Origin: Felis catus
Lineage: Eukaryota
DNA: 64,000 bases
Reading direction: 5' to 3'
NCBI RefSeq assembly: GCF_018350175.1
Contig: NC_058368.1
Location: 148,120,001-148,184,000, forward strand
The notes under the pieces are model-generated. The model was not told where the DNA came from. It saw only the letters and a program-made list of their open reading frames with translations, and searched no databases. Below, piece after piece: positions 60,589 to 64,000 of the stretch. How positions within the stretch are numbered: the first letter of the stretch is position 1; every line of letters begins with the position of its first letter. The position numbers were made by a program, and so were the translations under genes.

Positions 60589-61107
60589 CATAATCTGTCT
60601 ATTTTTCATTTAATAAAATTTCTATAATATTAAAGCCACAGATTTTGCATTTGAAATCCTAAAGTCCCTTCAATTCAGATCAACCAAAGCTTACCACAAT
60701 TTACCAATCCAAATAGGCTCTCTTAGAGAATTTTTATTTTTAAGTTAACAGTTCAGAAGAGAAAAATAATAAAAATGAAATTTCACCTTTTAATCTGTTC
60801 TTCATATCCTCATTCTTAGGCTCCAAATTTTCATAGGGGTTATTCACATTCATAAAATAAACATTATTGAATATATTATAGTGTGTTTTGGTCATATTTA
60901 TCAAGAACTGTTAATTCAGTCTTTTTATAAATTGATTTTCTTTTGTCAGAAGTTCACCTTAGATTTTCTTATTTGCTTTTTAAGACCTTTTTATTGGATT
61001 GAATTTTTGATAATACTTACATCAGAAGATTAATTGCCTTGCTTTTATCATTGCTATTATGTTTTTTGTTCTTCTATACTTTTTTTGGTTTATGAAATTG
61101 AAGGTTT

Positions 61108-61210
61108 CTTTTTGTTTTGTTTTGTTTTTAGTAATCTCTACACACAACATGGGGCTCAAACTCATAACCCCAAGATCAAGAGTTGCAGGCTGACCCAGAC
61201 AGCCATCCCT
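61108..61210 (-). mobile_element. Short/older Can-SINE variant fragment
   Basis: GTAATCTCTAC..CAACATGGGGCTCAAACTCATAACCCCAAGATCAAGAGT. Confidence 0.7.
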
Positions 61211-61864
61211 ATAATACCATGATTCTAACATTGTATCTATTTCTCAATCATCAGGGTGACTGCTATCTCTTGAAATGTGGTATGTTTATCATGCCCATTC
61301 TTATAGTCTTCTAAAGTTAAAGGTTGTTATGGGCTCAATTTTCAAATTTTGCAGGGAGAATTCCTAAGTTCAAACCACAGAAATAAGTAACAAACAAGCC
61401 CTCAGTGTTAAGCACCTGAATCTGAGAGCACTGAGTTGGAAAAGGAAAGGAAACCGATTAGAACAAAATCAAGGTGTGTATGGACTGTTGTATGTGTAGA
61501 TCAATGGCCAGTTAAGAAGCCATGCTCCATTCACTCTGTAATGTGCCCACAATTCCAGAAGCAAAATCAACTCTTAATTTAAACACCCACATCATGAAGA
61601 TAACCTTTATGTTGTTCAATTTGAAAACAAGGATACAAACTCTGCTGGTCCACAAGGTAAAAAAGTAGGGTTAAATCTTTCTTGATACTTCTCAATGTCT
61701 CCGGCCTAATAAGGAGCCCATTGTCAAGGGTTTCACTTTAATTATATTCTCCTTCCCTCTCTTGAGGGATAGAGCATGTATAGCAGATACAAGGTGTCAT
61801 TCTTAAATTTTTGCTTTCACTCTTCAATAAAACAGCCTTTGTTGGATATTTAAAAATTCCTTGA

Positions 61865-62081
61865 GGGGAGCCTGGGTGGCTCAGTCGGTTGAGTGTCAGA
61901 CTTCAGTTCATGTCATGTTCTCACAGTTCGTGAGGTTGGACCTTGCATTGTGCTCTGTGCTGACAGCTCAGAGCCTGGAGCCTGCTTCAGATTCTGTGTC
62001 TCCCTCTCTCTCTGACTCTCCCCCACAAGTGCTCGGTCTCCCTCTGCCTCTCAAAAATAAAGAAAACTAATAAAAAAATTT
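61865..62081 (+). mobile_element. Can-SINE
   Basis: TSD AAAAATTCCTTGA (61852-61864, 62082-62094). Confidence 0.95.
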
Positions 62082-62619
62082 AAAAATTCCTTGAAACATT
62101 TAATGGCGAAAGATACTATTTTCAATGTGGACACAGCTCTTTATTCATATGCCACTTTGGTTATTATCATGGCATTTGGTAGTGCAAAAATCTAATACAT
62201 AGTCCACATATCCATGTGATTCCATTCTCAGTAATTGGTAAGGGAAACTTACATTAGGAAATAATTAATTGCCATAGATCAATTCTCCTCATACTTGATA
62301 GCAAAATAGTACCTAGTGTGAATAGATACCACTTCATCCATAAATAAAAAAGAAACTAAAGAAACTCTATCCATCATATATATATGCAAATGAAGTTAAG
62401 AATAGGAAAGTTATTTTATTTTCCTTTATGGAAAGATTATTTTTATCCATTATTGATGGCATCCTTGACAGATCATTGCTCTATTCAGTGGAGGCTATAA
62501 ACTAACATATTGGTGCATAAACATAGTAAATTTTAGGAGTTCAGTTTCTTTTAAATTGCATTAAATATTATCAACGTTGTTTTTAAAAATTACATTGCCT
62601 CAAATTATACCTAAATGTA

Positions 62620-62800
62620 TAGTGGCTGGAGCACAAAGTTGGTTGAGATTGGCCTCAATTCAACTCTACCTACCCAGTTATATAAAGCAAAGTGTGATTT
62701 CAGCACACATTAAATTCTATGATCTCATTATCCTAAATTCATAGTTGAAAGAAATGAACTAAATCAATATATGACAGGTACTTATCATAGCTCTTCATAG
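62620..62800 (+). mobile_element. MIR fragment
   Basis: TAGTGGCTGGAGCACA...CAACTCTACC...TTAAATTCTATGATCTCATTATCCT. Confidence 0.4.
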
Positions 62801-62882
62801 TTCACTAAATATAACATTTTCTTCTTACAAAGTTTGTACTTTTTTTACAGGAAACTTAGCTTCATAAAGATACAGTTCAGTA

Positions 62883-63090
62883 ATTAAAAAAAATTAACGT
62901 TTATTTTACTTTTGAGAGAAAGAGAGACAGAGTGAGAGCAGGGGAAGGGCAGAGAGAGGGGGACACAGAATCCGAAGCAGGCTCCAGGCTCTGAGCTGTC
63001 AGCACAGAGCCCAACATGGGTCTCGAACTCATTAACCATGAGATCATGACCTAAGCAAAGTCGGAAGCTCAACCGAGTCACCCAGGCCCC
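62883..63090 (-). mobile_element. Can-SINE
   Basis: GACACAGAATCCGAAGCAGGCTCCAGGCTCTGAGCTGTCAGCACAGAGCCC. Confidence 0.93.
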
Positions 63091-64000
63091 AGTTGGTTTT
63101 TTAATTTATAAATATAAACTGCTAAATTATGTACTTCATTTTTTATACTTTATAATTTTTTTGTCTATTGAGAGTTTTTTTGGAGAAAAAGTTTGTAACA
63201 ACATATTTCTACTAGAATCAATCTGAATTTATACTAAAATTCAGCATGTTTTTAAGATTTTTGATTAAGAAAGATGTAAAAAAAATTTAAATAACATTAT
63301 TTTTTAATGTAAAAAATTCCTCAGAAGTTATTTATGAGTTAATTAATATTTAGCTACTGAGATATACAGTTTTTTCTTAATTTGTTGCACAGTTTATATT
63401 ACTACATTTATTTGTAAAAAATATATGTTTAAAACCTGTGAAGTTATATGCAATATATATAAGTTGTATACAGTCACCCAATTACATATTAATAATGTGA
63501 CTCTAAGGCAGCATGCTTGAGATGTATAACAGCATGTGCAATCAATCAAAAAATTTCAAAGATATGGTTAACATTCTATAACAAAAGACAACTAATACAA
63601 CTATAAGAAGGAATTTTCAATGTCTGTGATTTTTCAGAATCATTTAGGAAAGTTATGTACCAATTATGCCAAATCTTATAGGTTTTCTGTTTCTTTTCCA
63701 AGTCCATCAGGTTGTTTGGTTTATCTATTTTTTGTGTGTTTGTTTTTGTTTTGGGGATGGACTAGAAGATCAATGTTTAGTAAGATTTACCTGGTATATA
63801 TAATATTAACACAAAGAAGAGGGGTGCTATTATACCAGTGGATATTCTAAGTAGCCTTTATTGTTTTGGAACACCAAAGCTCAGATATCCCTTTATTATC
63901 AGAGATGTTTTAAGGGCTATGTTTTTTAGTTCATCTCCACAAAATATCACTTTATGGATGGTGTTATTAATGGGGATTGTTATAATAATTTTAATTGTCA

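Noticed and set aside
98..63850. Short ORFs in the supplied track (e.g. RETEHERGRGRERGRHR, MAQSVKRPTSAQV, YIYIYI)
   Set aside because: They are translations of SINEs, antisense L1 or microsatellites, or chance ORFs in AT-rich DNA; none has recognisable host-protein features.

Overview
This is AT-rich, repeat-dense mammalian DNA. The tRNA-derived Can-SINEs of the SINEC_Fc type point to a felid (cat family) genome, most likely a gene desert or a large intron. I cannot support any host protein-coding exon, RNA gene or CRISPR array. The window holds about 33 Can-SINEs (8 of a young, CpG-intact subfamily, most with clean target-site duplications, TSDs). It also holds one full-length but dead carnivore L1 (about 21.9-28.9 kb), a younger 5'-truncated felid L1 with an open 271-aa ORF2 C-terminus, several older L1/L2/MIR remnants, solo LTRs (ERV1-type, MER76-, LTR33-, MER34- and MLT1-like), MER5A/MER58A/MER94-like DNA transposons and many microsatellites. 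The supplied ORF track is almost all SINE, L1 or low-complexity noise. I found no convincing novel biological system. The best oddities are transposon-mechanistic: a SINE nested in a SINE, a perfect 29-bp VNTR multiplying a SINE B-box, extra sequence 5' of the full-length L1 but inside its TSD, an L1-in-L1 insertion near the homologous position, and a duplication with an inverted templated insert. There are also a few weak cryptic-exon candidates. Repeat family names come from recalled consensus sequences and need RepeatMasker/Dfam confirmation.
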